Assembly (NCBI GenBank): GCA_963921275.4
Contig: OZ001293.3
Span: 768,001 to 832,000 of the forward strand
DNA length: 64,000 nucleotides
Source of the DNA: an uncultured Hormoscilla sp.
GTDB taxonomy: Bacteria; Cyanobacteriota; Cyanobacteriia; Cyanobacteriales; Desertifilaceae
Direction of reading: 5' to 3'
The notes under the pieces are model-generated. The model ran no database searches. It saw nothing but the letters and a program-made list of their open reading frames with translations, and was not told where the DNA came from. Below, piece after piece: positions 45,875 to 57,804 of this stretch. Each line of letters begins with the position of its first letter. Within the stretch, counting starts at the first letter, position 1. Position numbers and translations under genes: made by a program.

Positions 45875-46214
45875 TAATATCTGAGCAAATTGTCATAAAT
45901 TAGTTCAGTTGAGATTAAAATAGGAGCCAACATTGGAGCAAAAAAACCATGACTGAAAGTCTCTTAATCCAAGCTGAAGCCTGGGGGTTGGTTTGCAAAT
46001 GTAATCTTGACGGCAACTGGCAGATTATCTCAAAAACTCCCATAGAAAAATGGAAATTACAGCTAGTATATTCCTGATGGTTGCTGCTAATTCGCGAGAT
46101 TCCTCAAGTTAGTTTTTTGCCAGAAGAAGCGCAAGCATTTTTATCCCGTCGCGTCAGTAAATTCAAAAAAAATGGCTCGACGCCATTACTAATTTCAACT
46201 CTTAATTATAGTCA

Positions 46215-46720
46215 TTAAGAGTTGGTAGGCTTGCGCAACAGTTGTTGAGGTTGTAGAATGGGAATACCGATGAGAAACTGGGCCCCCTGCCCTGGTACGG
46301 ACTGACATTTCAAGCTCCCGTGGTACTTTTTGATAATCTGATAGCTAATGGATAACCCCAGACCAGTCCCTTTGCCTACAGGTTTGGTGGTAAAGAAGGG
46401 AATAACTGAGAACGTACAGACTCTCTGATGCCAGGACCATTATCCCGAATGGCGATCGCCACCTGATTGCCCTTTACCACCTGAGTGCGAATCAGAATCT
46501 GTCGGCTGTGTCCCCCGGGAGGGCTAGGAGCACGTTCCCAGGCAGAGCCGTGGGAACGAGGGGGGGACACAGATTGTGCCTAGGTTTCTCTTTTTCCTGA
46601 CCAGCAACAACTGACTGTTCTAAGGCATCGATCGCATGAGCGAGGATATTCATAAACACCTGATTGGTTTGCCCTGGGTAGCACTCGACTAAGGACAAGT
46701 TGCCGTATTGTTTGAAGCAC
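46215..46720 (-). pseudogene. Sensor histidine kinase HATPase fragment
   Basis: VECYPGQ.NQVFMNIL and IRDNGPGI motifs; nested palindromic insert and frameshifts. Confidence 0.75.
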
Positions 46721-46880
46721 CTAAATTTCTGGGTGCCCGCCAGGATCTTTGGCTCTAGCCTGGTTAATGCCCTCTGACTTGCATAAATAAGTCGCCCAGG
46801 GCATCTCCCTCACAGCAGAGTTAGTAAAATAATTTTCTTATAGTTTTGTATAGTTTTTTTAACTTGCAATAATCAAGTCC

Positions 46881-47897
46881 ACGTGAGTTCGACGAAACTA
46901 GAAAATGGCAGGAGGTAGTGCTGGTAAGCCTTTGACCTCCAGAACGAGGCGAGGTTTTTTATCGGCGTCGGTGTAGGCCACCAAGCCGGCCAGCAGGTTG
47001 ACCAAGAAGTTGAAGACACTCCGGTGGCGAGAATGCTCGATTTGACAGATGTTCTTGAGTTGGTCGTTGACCGATTCAATGACGGCCCGCTTCCGGAGCT
47101 GGATTTTATCGCTCGTTTTCATCAAGCGATTTTTCATATTTCGCTTCGATTTAGCAATTTGAGACCTTGTTCGTATAATTTCTCGAATAGATATTGAGAG
47201 ACATATCCCCGGTCTCCAAACAGTTTTCCAAACAAGTCTTGAGCCATCTCTGGTACAGGTTTACGGTCGTCAGTGTTGGCTGGCGTGAGCTTGAAGGCTA
47301 GTAACTCTCCGCGCTCGTTGATAATCAAATGCAATTTAAATCCGAAATGCCAGCCAGTTGAGCTTTTCCCCCAGTGGACTAGCCCTTTGAACACCTTATG
47401 GTTATGAGCACGACGAGGGTGACAAACTTCTATGGGTGTAGAATCAACAAAGGAAATGCCTGTAACTTCTCCTTTTCGAGTATGAAGAAAACAACTTCAT
47501 AGCATTAGACACCACGGCATCAATTCCACAAAGCGATTATAGCTGACCAAGTTGGGAAAGGCTCCGCGCCAATGGGGGAGAACACACAGGGTGTAAAACT
47601 CTTTGAACGTACGGAAGCCCGAGCCATGAAAAGCGATGGCAATCGTCATAATTTCTGAGAGGCTCATGCGCGAACGACAGCATCGTTCCCCAGGCATGGA
47701 GGGCAGTTGCGGTTGTTCTTCCCAGTGGCGCACCGTTCCGGAAAAATCGAACATTTGGCAGAAGTCGTCTAGTTCACAGAAGATGCGGGTGACATCCAGG
47801 CGCGATACAATTTGACTCATGGTGGGTTCAGACTGGGGTGGAATGGTTCAAACCCAGTCTCCGCCTTTTTTTTTTGTCCAGTCCGTCGAACTCACGT
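46881..47897 (-). mobile_element. IS982-family element, copy 2
   Basis: Near-identical to 13225-14241; 6-bp TSD AAGTCC. Confidence 0.92.
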
Positions 47898-48070
47898 AAG
47901 TCCAATTGCAGAAATCGCATTTTGCCCAGGCGATCGCCTCCCTCTGGTTATGAGGCTCGCCGGTAGTTACCATAGGGTTCCCATTGCTCACCTGACAAAC
48001 AGTAGACTCGGAAGGTGGCTATTTTACAGGAACCGAAAGCTGACAAAGCTTAAACGCTGCTAGAGGTGAC

Positions 48071-48195
48071 AAAAACGCTAATATACATAATCAAAACGCT
48101 AGCATATATAGCAAAAAGGCTTGTTGACATAATGAAAACGCTAGTATATATAGTAAAAAGCTAGCATGGGTAATCAAAACGCTAGTATATATCAT
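48071..48195. repeat. About 21-bp periodic repeat with AAAACGCTAG core (about 6 units)
   Basis: Seen directly. Confidence 0.7.
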
Positions 48196-48284
48196 ACAAG
48201 TCCGCCTTTTGATTGCTGAAAACCAGTAGGGTGGGCATTGCCCACCATCGTTCACAGGGCATAACGAAGATATGTAGCAGGGAT

Positions 48285-48632
48285 TTAGAAAGTGTAGAGG
48301 ATGTCAAAGCCCTGCAAACCTTGAGGCTGTTCGTAGTCAACCGCGACATCTGTGACCGCAGCATCAAGGGGTCCGTGGTAACACCAGCGAATCATCGCTT
48401 CAACGGCAGGTGCTGGTCCTTCAAAGACAGCTTCGACTCGGCGATCGGGCAAATTGCGTACCCAACCAGCAACACCCAAATGTTTGGCCTGGGAGCGAGT
48501 GGAGAAGCGATAGCCGACGCCCTGGACTCGGCCCGAAATGAAGACATGGGCAAGCTGTGTCCCTCGGGTAGTGCTTTTAGCGCTCCCGGGGGACACAGCA
48601 ATTTCTAGTTCTGGTTGTGATGGTTTTTCCAT
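48285..48632 (-). CDS. acyP: Acylphosphatase
   Basis: GRVQGVGYR and GWVRNLPD..VEA motifs; N-terminal palindromic insert. Confidence 0.9.
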   Translation of the reverse strand: MEKPSQPELEIAVSPGSAKSTTRGTQLAHVFISGRVQGVGYRFSTRSQAKHLGVAGWVRNLPDRRVEAVFEGPAPAVEAMIRWCYHGPLDAAVTDVAVDYEQPQGLQGFDILYTF

Positions 48633-48666
48633 AAACTTATCTACAGATGCTCAATCAGTGATAATC

Positions 48667-49191
48667 ATGATCATAGTTCATCGCTTCACGGCGGCATTCT
48701 CCACCATTCCTGATGCCGAAGCTTGGGTCTGGGCGGCATTGCTAGTATGCATATTTACCATAATTTCCCTGCCCGTGGGATTCAAGTTTTATTTTCTCCA
48801 ACTGAAAGTAGAGACAGCATGGGAAATCGTTGTCAGTGTAATGGCAATGACACTGCTAATCCCTGCGCTATTAGAGGAGACAGTGTTTCGGGTTTTACTC
48901 CTGCCTCACCCAGCAGAAAACCCTTCTCTCGGAGTCCAGTTGCTGTGGGGATTGGGCAGTTTAGCAATTTTCATTATCTCTCATCCGCTGAATGGTTTGA
49001 CCTTCTATCGGGCTAGACTGAAGACATTTACCAATCCAGTTTTTCTGTTTTTAGCCGGACTTCTCGGCCTTGTCTGCACGATCGTTTATTGGCAGAGTGG
49101 TTCAATCTGGACGCCCATAGCTATTCACTGGCTAATTGTAGTAATTTGGTTGCTAGGCCTAGGTGGATATGAAAAAATCTATCATTCGTAG
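48667..49191 (+). CDS. CPBP (Abi/CAAX) family intramembrane glutamic endopeptidase
   Basis: EExxFR, F...H and H motifs; hydrophobic. Confidence 0.85.
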   Translation: MIIVHRFTAAFSTIPDAEAWVWAALLVCIFTIISLPVGFKFYFLQLKVETAWEIVVSVMAMTLLIPALLEETVFRVLLLPHPAENPSLGVQLLWGLGSLAIFIISHPLNGLTFYRARLKTFTNPVFLFLAGLLGLVCTIVYWQSGSIWTPIAIHWLIVVIWLLGLGGYEKIYHS

Positions 49192-49207
49192 TCTGTCATG
49201 TTTGTGT

Positions 49208-49520
49208 CATGTTTGTAGTAAGCGCTTTAGCGCTTTCCATGTTTGTAGTAAGCGCTTTAGCGCTTTCTGGGCAGTGGTGACAAGGTTTGCGCTCGCACGG
49301 GTGATGGTGGGCACCGCCCACCCTACGCAGCTTTGATTATAAATTGAAAGAGTTGGTTTTTCCATCCAGGGCCGTAGTGACAAGGTTTGCGCTCGCACGG
49401 GTGATGGTGGGCGGTGCCCACAAAGAGCGCTTTCCATGTTTGTAGTAAGCGCTAAAGCGCTTTCTGGGCAGTGGTGACAAGGTTTGCGCTCGCACGGGTG
49501 ATAGTGGGCGGCGCCCATCA
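49208..49520. repeat. Mosaic REP-like repeat cluster
   Basis: TGTAGTAAGCGCTTTAGCGCT x3 and GTGACAAGGTTTGCGCTCGCACGGGTGAT x3. Confidence 0.85.
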
Positions 49521-49734
49521 TACTAACTGAAACCCTTGCAGGGTAAGGATTTGGGCAAAACCAGCTTGCACAAGGACGCTCCGGCTCGCTATAGGTAGCA
49601 ACTTGGGTTAAAATAAGTTGGGTAAATTGCCTGCCGCTAGCTAAATTGCTTGACTCGGAAGGCTGTCTAAGGGTATCATTAGCTTGGCATAAGCTCTACA
49701 TTTTGTCCATTTTGCAAGAACAAACCATTGATAT

Positions 49735-52578
49735 ATGAGAACTAATTCATCAGTACCTCAGGAGAATACCGTCGAAGGAGACAGCGTTACCTTTTCAGAC
49801 ATTGCCAGTTTAGCTGGGATCGACTATCGTCGCATCCCCTCAGCACGAAACGAAATTTTCGATGAAATCAAACTAGGGCCTCCGTTGACGCCAGAAGATC
49901 GGGCCGAAGTACCGCTATTCGCGAGGGGCTTGCCCGGGGTGGCGATTCTGGATTACGACGGGGATGGGGATCTGGACATCTACGTCATAAACGGACCTGG
50001 GGCTGCCAACAGTCTCTACTCCAATCAATTAGAGGAAACGGGTCAGTTAACCTTTGTCGATATGGGGGAGGCGGCAGGAGTCGCAGCGACTGACCAAGAC
50101 AGCACTGGCGTTTCCTATGGTGACATCGATAACGACGGCGACCACGACCTGCTAGTTCTGGGTGCGGGGGAAGCAAATCGACTGTTTGAAAACCTGGGAG
50201 ATGGCACGTTTGTTGATATTACCGAAGCGAGTGAGATTGGTGAGGATAACCGGTACTCCGGTTCGGCCTCTATGGGAGATGTCAACGGGGATGGCTGGCT
50301 GGATATTGTCGTTGCTAATTCTTTCAACTGGGACAACACTTTTGCCATCGCCTTAGAACCCTTTGCCTTGAACGAGCATAACCAGCTATTCCTGAATACA
50401 GGGAACAATACTTTTATAGATGTCAGCGCTACCTCTGGAATAGAAAACCTGACTGGCTTTGGCGAAGATGTACGAGATGGAATGGCTACCATTACTTGGG
50501 CGATCGCCATAGTAGACTACGATCTAGATGGAGACCTGGATATCATCCATGGAGACGACCAAGGGGTTGTTCCAACTGGAGAATTCGGTGGGGTTGATCG
50601 CGGCTTGATCCATGTTCTCCAAAACGACGGTACTGGGAACTTTACCGATGTAACGGCGTCCGCCAACCTGAATGTCCCTGGTGCATGGATGGGTCTCTCC
50701 TTCGCAGACTTTAATGCCGATGGGAATATGGATATCTTTGGCTCCAATTTCGGCGAGTATGGGTTGTTAAGAGATGGCTTAACCCTGCGCTCGGGAAATT
50801 CCCGGTGGTTTTTGGGACAGGACGACGACACCTTCACAGATCCAGGTGTAGGGCCCCTAGTAGCTACAACCTTTGGCTGGGGGAATGGGACGACAGATTA
50901 CGACAACGACGGCGACACGGATATTATCTTTCAAGGTGGTTTAGATGTCGGTCCGTTTGTTGACGCTTCCAATCCAGGCACGCTCCTGAGAAACGATGGT
51001 GCTGGCAATTTTACCTACGACGCCGACGCCTTGGCATCAGCCACCGACCACCTGCGACGCAGCAATAAGGGACTGGCCCTTGGAGATCTAAATCAGGATG
51101 GTTTTGTCGATATCGTTTCGACGTCGAATTTTGACTACCCAGAATCCGTACCCCTCGTCCCTTATCCTGACGAATTTGGTTCACCGTTCGATTCCATAGC
51201 GGCGACTGTGCCCACTTTTATGACTACGGAGAATGGAGAATTTGCCTGAAGTGGATTAGTATTCCCCGATGGCACCCTGTCTGTGGAAATCAATAGTGCC
51301 GATAACGGCAATGGTTGGGTAGAAGTGCAAACCCTGGGTACGGTGGGCCTGACTGGGGAGGGAATTGTCAATCGGGATGGCATTGGCGCGGTGGTCTTCT
51401 TTACTCCCGAAGGGGGCCAGACGGCCATGGAACCGATTCTGGGTGGGTCAAGCTTTATCTCCCAGAATAGTCTAGCTGCTAACTTTGGCCTAGGTTCAGA
51501 AACCCGAGGGACTGTGGAAGTGCTGTGGCCAGGTGGGGTGCGTAACCGACTCTACAATGTTGAGGCGGGAGAAAAGATCTATTTCCCAGAAATTCCAGTC
51601 AGTTTTGATGACAATGACAAAAGCCTGCGAGAGTACGTCATGGAGGTCAGGGATGCTTTGGATCAGTTGGTGGCTTCTGAAGTTTTGACCCCTAGCGATC
51701 GGAGTCGATTCTTGTTCAGCGCTATCAAGGCTTTTCAGGAGGATAATGGCAACAGCCGATTGGACGTCAATGGTTGGGTAGAAGTGCAAACCCTGGGTAC
51801 GGTGGGCCTGACTGGGGAGGGAATTGTCAATCGGGATGGCATTGGCGCGGTGGTCTTCTTTACTCCCGAAGGGGGCCAGACGGCCATGGAACCGATTCTG
51901 GGTGGGTCAAGCTTTATCTCCCAGAATAGTCTAGCTGCTAACTTTGGCCTAGGTTCGGAAACCCGAGGGACTGTGGAAGTGCTGTGGCCAGGTGGGGTGA
52001 GTAACCGACTCTACAATGTTGAGGCGGGAGAAAAGATCTATTTCCCAGAAATTCCAGTCAGTTTTGATGACAATGACAAAAGCCTGCGAGAGTACGTCAT
52101 GGAGGTCAGGAATGCCTTGGAGCAGTTGGTGGCTTCTGAAGTTTTGACCCCTAGCGATCGGAGTCGATTCTTGTTCAGCGCGATCTCTGGTTTTCAGGAG
52201 GATAATGGCAACAGCCAATTGGACGTCCAGATAGGGAGTAGCGGCCGAGACGTTCTGACTGGTGGTGGTGTCCGCCGCGCTTTCCTTTATGGGGGTGATG
52301 GGGACGACTTGCTTAATGGTAATGCTGCTAGTCGCGCTCATCTTGATGGAGGTAATGGTCGCGATACCTTTGTCATCCTACCGGGAAGGGGTCAAGCTAT
52401 TATCCACTTTTTTGAAGATGGGATGGACAGCCTGGGTCTAGTTGGCTTGAGTTTCAGCGAACTAGAAATTGTCCCGCGCGGTAGTGCGACGACTATTAAC
52501 ATGGCGTCTACAGGAGTTACTCTCGCTACTCTGTTGGGTATTGATTCTACATTGATTAGCGAGGCTGACTTTTCTTAG
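49735..52578 (+). pseudogene. CRTAC1-like FG-GAP / ASPIC-UnbV protein with RTX tail, split by one in-frame stop
   Basis: DxDGDGDLD repeats, two ASPIC/UnbV copies, GGxGxD tail; TGA at 51247 in frame with the 51283 ORF. Confidence 0.85.
51309..52227. repeat. 459-bp in-frame tandem duplication
   Basis: CAATGGTTGGGTAGAAG at 51309 and 51768; units near-identical. Confidence 0.9.
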
Positions 52579-53516
52579 CTTCTTGGGATCGGGTTCATGT
52601 TGAATTCGACCTTCGGAGTTCGACCTTCGGAGTTCAAGGTATTCACGTAGCCCTCTAACCCGGTTTTTCTGAAAAACCGGGTTTCTTGATTCTGGCGCTG
52701 TGCCCACTTTTTCCAGATTTGAGGTTGACGGAAAGCGTAGATATCTTTGATTACCTGTACCCAGCTATTGGCCAGGGATGCTAAGATGCGATCGCCCTTT
52801 TCCGGGGAAGCAGTTGTCGGATCCCCCAGGACTCCACTTGCGGTTAAATCTCGCGTCGCCCAAGGGAAAGGCAGCTTACCTTCCATGCTCAGCATACTAT
52901 CTTTTGGCAAACCTTGAGGATATTCAGCTACTGCCGCCTCCATTTTCACCTGTTCTGGTAGCAGGGAAAGGAGTAAGCTAGTTTCCCCATCTCCAGCATG
53001 GATACCCAATTCTGACTCCTTTGCTGTCAGTAATTCCTGAGTAATATTAGGAACGCGCCAGGTAAACAGAGGAAACACCATAAAATCATCATACTTGACG
53101 TGCAAATCCCGCGCTGCTATTTCCAATACCTGGGGTTGTCCCCCGTGGGAGTTCATCAACACCAACTTGCGAAAACCTGCCCGGTAAATACTTTCTGCCA
53201 CTTCGGTAATAACTGCCAATAGGGTTTGTGCACTCAGAGTAATTGTACTCGGGAAATGCCAATGTTCGTTAGATTTGCCGTAATAAAGGGCAGGCAAGGC
53301 ATAAGCGGGGATGCTAGGATCTAGTTGATGCAATGCCTTTCCCAAAACCCCCACACTAATGGCAGCATCGACGATTAGCGGCAAATGAGGGCCATGTTGC
53401 TCAATTGCCCCGATCGGCTGGACGATCGGCACATTTTCTTTCTCCGGCATTGCCTGGATCTCTGTCCAGCTGAGGTAGGGAAAAAAGCGTTCTGGAGGGA
53501 TGAAGCTGTGCATCAT
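52575..53516 (-). CDS. Creatininase family protein
   Basis: GAIEQHGPHLP, NSHGG and HAGDGETS motifs. Confidence 0.92.
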   Translation of the reverse strand: MMHSFIPPERFFPYLSWTEIQAMPEKENVPIVQPIGAIEQHGPHLPLIVDAAISVGVLGKALHQLDPSIPAYALPALYYGKSNEHWHFPSTITLSAQTLLAVITEVAESIYRAGFRKLVLMNSHGGQPQVLEIAARDLHVKYDDFMVFPLFTWRVPNITQELLTAKESELGIHAGDGETSLLLSLLPEQVKMEAAVAEYPQGLPKDSMLSMEGKLPFPWATRDLTASGVLGDPTTASPEKGDRILASLANSWVQVIKDIYAFRQPQIWKKWAQRQNQETRFFRKTGLEGYVNTLNSEGRTPKVEFNMNPIPRS

Positions 53517-53599
53517 TGCTAATTGCTAATTGCTAATTGTTAATTGCTAATTGCTAACGGGGCACGGCCAAGTCAAATAATGCTCCTAGGCTCTTTCGC

Positions 53600-54340
53600 G
53601 CCTGGGAAGCACTCTTCGTGCTTATTACGAACGGCAGGATCGGAATGCCGTCAGCGATGCTGCTGCGCAGCGCCATTACTATCCACATCCAGCATGATAT
53701 CACGCCCCGAGTCCAGGTAGTTGGTAATTGCATCTGGATTCTTCCGGTTGGCACCCTCACTGATCGCGCCTCCAGTGAGAGCATCAGGGAGCATCTCACT
53801 ATGGGATCTGTATTTGCGAAGGTCAAATGGCTAATTGCGAATGGCTCAGGGAAAATGGAGCAATTGTCAATTAACTCTTGCTCAATTCTCAATGAAACAA
53901 TTTTCAATGAAACAATTTTCAATTGCTCAAGAAGCAAACTTGATACGACTGAGATGCACCCGAGCATCACCTCTAATGTCAAATAGATAACGTAAAGCCA
54001 GAACACCGTCAGTCAGAGCATCTACCTGTGTCCCTTGACACGTTCGATATCTTCTGGGAGCGCTACCCGCACAAAAGAGAAGATATCGACATGAGATACT
54101 ATCGCCCAAAATGCGTGTCAAGGGACACAGCTTCCCCATTCTCGTCTATGTCCAGAGTAAACTCAGATGGTTCGATATCTCCAGAAAATTCAAAAGCCCC
54201 AATATAGGAGATCGCTGTGCCATAGGTATAGGCGACCTAGGCTTTCGATGTCTCCTGGGAGCGCTACGAGCACTACCCAGGAGACATCGTTGTGAGATAC
54301 AATATAAACTGCGTCAATCTTCTGGGATTGTTTTTGGACG
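53600..54340 (-). pseudogene. Decayed remnant of a surface-protein repeat (LDIDxNG..DALTDGVLALRYLF)
   Basis: Motif pieces in several frames. Confidence 0.5.
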
Positions 54341-54557
54341 ATCGTGGTAATTTGGTTGATGCCCGGAGCGATCGCCTTCTAAAATATACGCTTCTACGCT
54401 ATCCAGGTATTGGCGTGCTGGTAGCTGGTAGATCACCCTGGATGCATCCGATTTACGAACCGGTTAAATGAACGGCATCATCTTACCTTTGTAATGCTAG
54501 TTGCTGTTGCCTGCTGCCCTCAATCAGCGCTCGCCTATTGCACGATATTTGAGTTAA

Positions 54558-55124
54558 CTAAGTTTTTCCCGAGTTTTCCCGAACGGTACAATCACAAATC
54601 AGGAGATCCATTAACATCTTAGCCGGATTGACTTTTTCGCTACGATTTTCTGCCGTTTCTCTGGTACTAGCCATCAATGCCTCTCGGGTAGTGCGACTAG
54701 CGATCCCGAGAGGCATCGAACGCAGGCGATCGCGAATATTGCCCAGTATGAATTGATTATTGACAGGTAAACGGGGTGTTGGCAGATCTAGATTAGGCCA
54801 CCAAGGCAAATTATTACAGGGACAGCACTGGGGTGGCAGGCCCGCAGTCGGGAGAGGGAGGGGGAGCTCACAACGACAACACATCACCAGTTCCCACTCC
54901 GGCGTCAACAGTTGAGTAATAGTTTCGTCAGTCCCCTCCAGGTAGCAGTCTCTGGAGTCAGGTGAGATAATTTTCTGCCAGCATGCTTCAAACTCCTGAC
55001 TATAACTATCGCCTTTTACTACTGGTTGAGGCAGCAAAGCTTCGTTCCCATTGAGAATCATCACTTTTTTGCCCAATTGTAGCCAATAGGCAAGATATTG
55101 TTTTACTTGCGTTTGAGATGCCAT
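54558..55124 (-). CDS. Conserved cyanobacterial hypothetical protein (Cys-rich)
   Basis: MASQTQVKQYLAYWLQLGK; CxxC motifs. Confidence 0.8.
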   Translation of the reverse strand: MASQTQVKQYLAYWLQLGKKVMILNGNEALLPQPVVKGDSYSQEFEACWQKIISPDSRDCYLEGTDETITQLLTPEWELVMCCRCELPLPLPTAGLPPQCCPCNNLPWWPNLDLPTPRLPVNNQFILGNIRDRLRSMPLGIASRTTREALMASTRETAENRSEKVNPAKMLMDLLICDCTVRENSGKT

Positions 55125-55205
55125 AGTATCTGAGCATTGCCTATTGCTAATATTGTAACGAGGCATCGCCGCCTTTGGGGATCGGAAACTTAAGTTAATG
55201 TAAAG

Positions 55206-55796
55206 TTATCGCTTGATCGCGTAGCGTGCGCGCTGCGCATTCGCTCCTGACAAGGGAGTGCCTAGCTCACTGAGGTTAAGGATATGACCAGCAGTAACCA
55301 GGTAAACTGGATGGGCTACCGCAGCGATGTGGCGCACTAGCGTGCTGAGGCGATCGCGAAACAGCCGACCAATAGGATAAGCTGGAACCAGGCCCCACCC
55401 TGTCTCTTCAGCCACCAAAATCACATCAGCAGCAGTCCGCTGCAAACAGGAAAGCATTGCCTGCTGGGTCTGATTCCAGCTTACATCATCCTGGTGCAAT
55501 AAATTTGCCAGCCAAGTTCCCACTGAATCGATCAATAGACAGCTATTCGCCCCATATAGCTCAATTGTGGCCGCCAACTCGATCGGCACTTCCAGAGTTT
55601 TCCAGCTGGGGGGACGCCGCCGCTGGTGCAGTACAATCCGATTATGCCACTCCCGATCCGTCGGGTCAGTAGCAGCGGTTGCCACATAGACCACCTGTTT
55701 GCCCGTACCCGTGGCCAGGGTCTCAGCCCATTCGCTCTTTCCAGACCGGGCCGGTCCTGTCACCAGGATGAATTGCCTTGCCTGAGAAGATGTCAT
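55206..55796 (-). CDS. cobU: Adenosylcobinamide kinase / phosphate guanylyltransferase
   Basis: GPARSGKS, YVATA and EETGWGLVP..GRLFRD motifs. Confidence 0.93.
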   Translation of the reverse strand: MTSSQARQFILVTGPARSGKSEWAETLATGTGKQVVYVATAATDPTDREWHNRIVLHQRRRPPSWKTLEVPIELAATIELYGANSCLLIDSVGTWLANLLHQDDVSWNQTQQAMLSCLQRTAADVILVAEETGWGLVPAYPIGRLFRDRLSTLVRHIAAVAHPVYLVTAGHILNLSELGTPLSGANAQRARYAIKR

Positions 55797-56933
55797 GTAG
55801 TTTGGGAGAGATTTCTGGGCAATATCTAATATAACAGTAAAGGAACTCTCATTACAAATAGCGGCATGAAACCGGAATTGGAGCGGATTGAGGCTACATT
55901 GGCTCAAATTATAGCAGAGCAAAACAATAATGTAAAAAGGGGTGCGATTCGTTTAGTGTAAACCACCGGCGATAAGCCGACGGGGGACCACTAGCAGGGT
56001 TTCATTAGCCCTGATAACTTTTAGATGATGGTGGTGAAAGCCCACCCCTCCAGGTGCAGGAGTGAAAGCGTAACCCCTACGGTAGCGATGGCATCAATCC
56101 GTAAAGCGGGGTTAAAAGGCGCAGTAACTGGTAGCCCTTACCGGTCATCGCCAAGCAAGTAGTCATGGTGAGCGAAAGCAAAGACTCATAAGTGTCGTTA
56201 CACTAAACCAGTGAAAAGGCTGAGAAGCTGGCCCAAAAGGGAAAGGATAATGGTCATTGGCGGTTCCTTTCCCGACCAATAAGCACTGACAATAAACCCG
56301 GCATAAAGAGCCCATCTAAAACTACGACCAATCATTTAGAGGAGCGAAGTAAACCAGATACACACCCTTAACTACCGGTCGATAGGTTGAGTAGCCACCA
56401 CAGGCGCAACATCTGCTCTCATCAGGCAGGTTGTATCTGGGAAAGATTTCGCGGAGAAGCTAACGCCCGTCTGTAATGGATGGGATATGCTGACGCCCTC
56501 ACGGTAACGTCAATTGTGAAGTTGTAAGTAGCAATGCATACGTCATGAGCACGATATCAGAATCGATGAATGAATGGAAGGATATCCCCTGGCCTCGGCT
56601 GGAGCGGGTAGTCTTTAAGTTGCAAAAGCGAATTTACAGAGCGGCAATGGAAGGCGTAATAAGCGACCAGTTCGCAGACTCCAAAGGTTACTGGTAAAAT
56701 CCCGGGCTGCCAAAAGTCTAGCGGTACGACAGGTAACACAAGATAACCAGGGAAAGAAAACGGCGGGAGTGGACGGTGTTAAAGCACTGACCCCGAAGCA
56801 ACGCTTAGAACTGGTAGGACAAATTGAAATCTCAAACAAGGCCAGGCCAACACGTAGAGTATCGATTCCCAAGCCAGGGAGAGAGGAAAAGCGTCCTTTA
56901 GGAATACCAACGATGAACGACCGCGCGACACAA

Positions 56934-57804
56934 GGATGGGGTCGAGCCGGGAATCGCTTCCCGACCCTCCCTTGAGGAACCGGACTTGCGATTTTCACCG
57001 CATCCGGCTACTGGGTACTAGGCCCTTTTCATAGGTAGACTTAATAGGAATTACTTCCGTTAGCCCTTGCCGCCTGTCTTTTCTTCCCTTTCCTGGTTTA
57101 GCGAGTGGTTGTTCTGATAACCGTTAGTATCACCATTTTCAAGTCAGTTTTACCAGTTATCCATACCTTATCCTCCACTTGCGTTTCGGATTAGTTCCGT
57201 GGCTTTTTAGGATTACTCATTCCAGCAGCTTCCTAGTATCACCGACCCACGTCAGCGCTGGCTACCCAGCATCATCTACATTACTGTAGATGTTATCCCA
57301 GGAATTACCCCGGGCATTCGCTTCTTGGGCCATCCCTCCCCCCGTGGCTTGCGCTTAACATCTAACTTGTCCTGATGGACAGCACACGAGAGGTTACTTC
57401 GTTCCCTAACAACATTTCGCGATACCTTTAGGTCCACACTATACCCCGGGAGCTATTTGAGTACTATATTAGCCAGAGTCTAAAACTAATACTAGCTACC
57501 ATTTCCTTTTTAGGCCAGCGCATATAGCCTTATTTCGCTGGTTCCTTATAACGAGGCTTGCACATGTTTGCCTGCTCTAACCTTGGATATCTTTCCTAGC
57601 GGCGTCACCGGCTTAGGCTGCCAGTTATCCTACATTTGAGTCCTCGCTTAGCACCACGATGATGTCGCTTCGTAGCACCGAGGACCGGTGTCACCCCCGT
57701 ACCTGGGGGGAGGGGAATTTAACCCCCATGCGGTCAGAGTTCCTGGCTAATGAAACCGGGCTAGCGTTCCGTGTTTGACCACGTTAGGCTAGAACGAATC
57801 GCAC
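56934..57804 (-). mobile_element. ORF-less group II intron (lineage B, copy 2)
   Basis: 871 bp, near-identical to 22221-23090. Confidence 0.92.

Noticed and set aside
49208..49520. CRISPR array
   Set aside because: The inter-repeat segments are themselves repeated and irregular, and there are no cas genes.
53514..53558. TTGCTAA heptamer run (similar runs near 260, 11355 and 53890)
   Set aside because: Ordinary short tandem repeats common in filamentous cyanobacteria.
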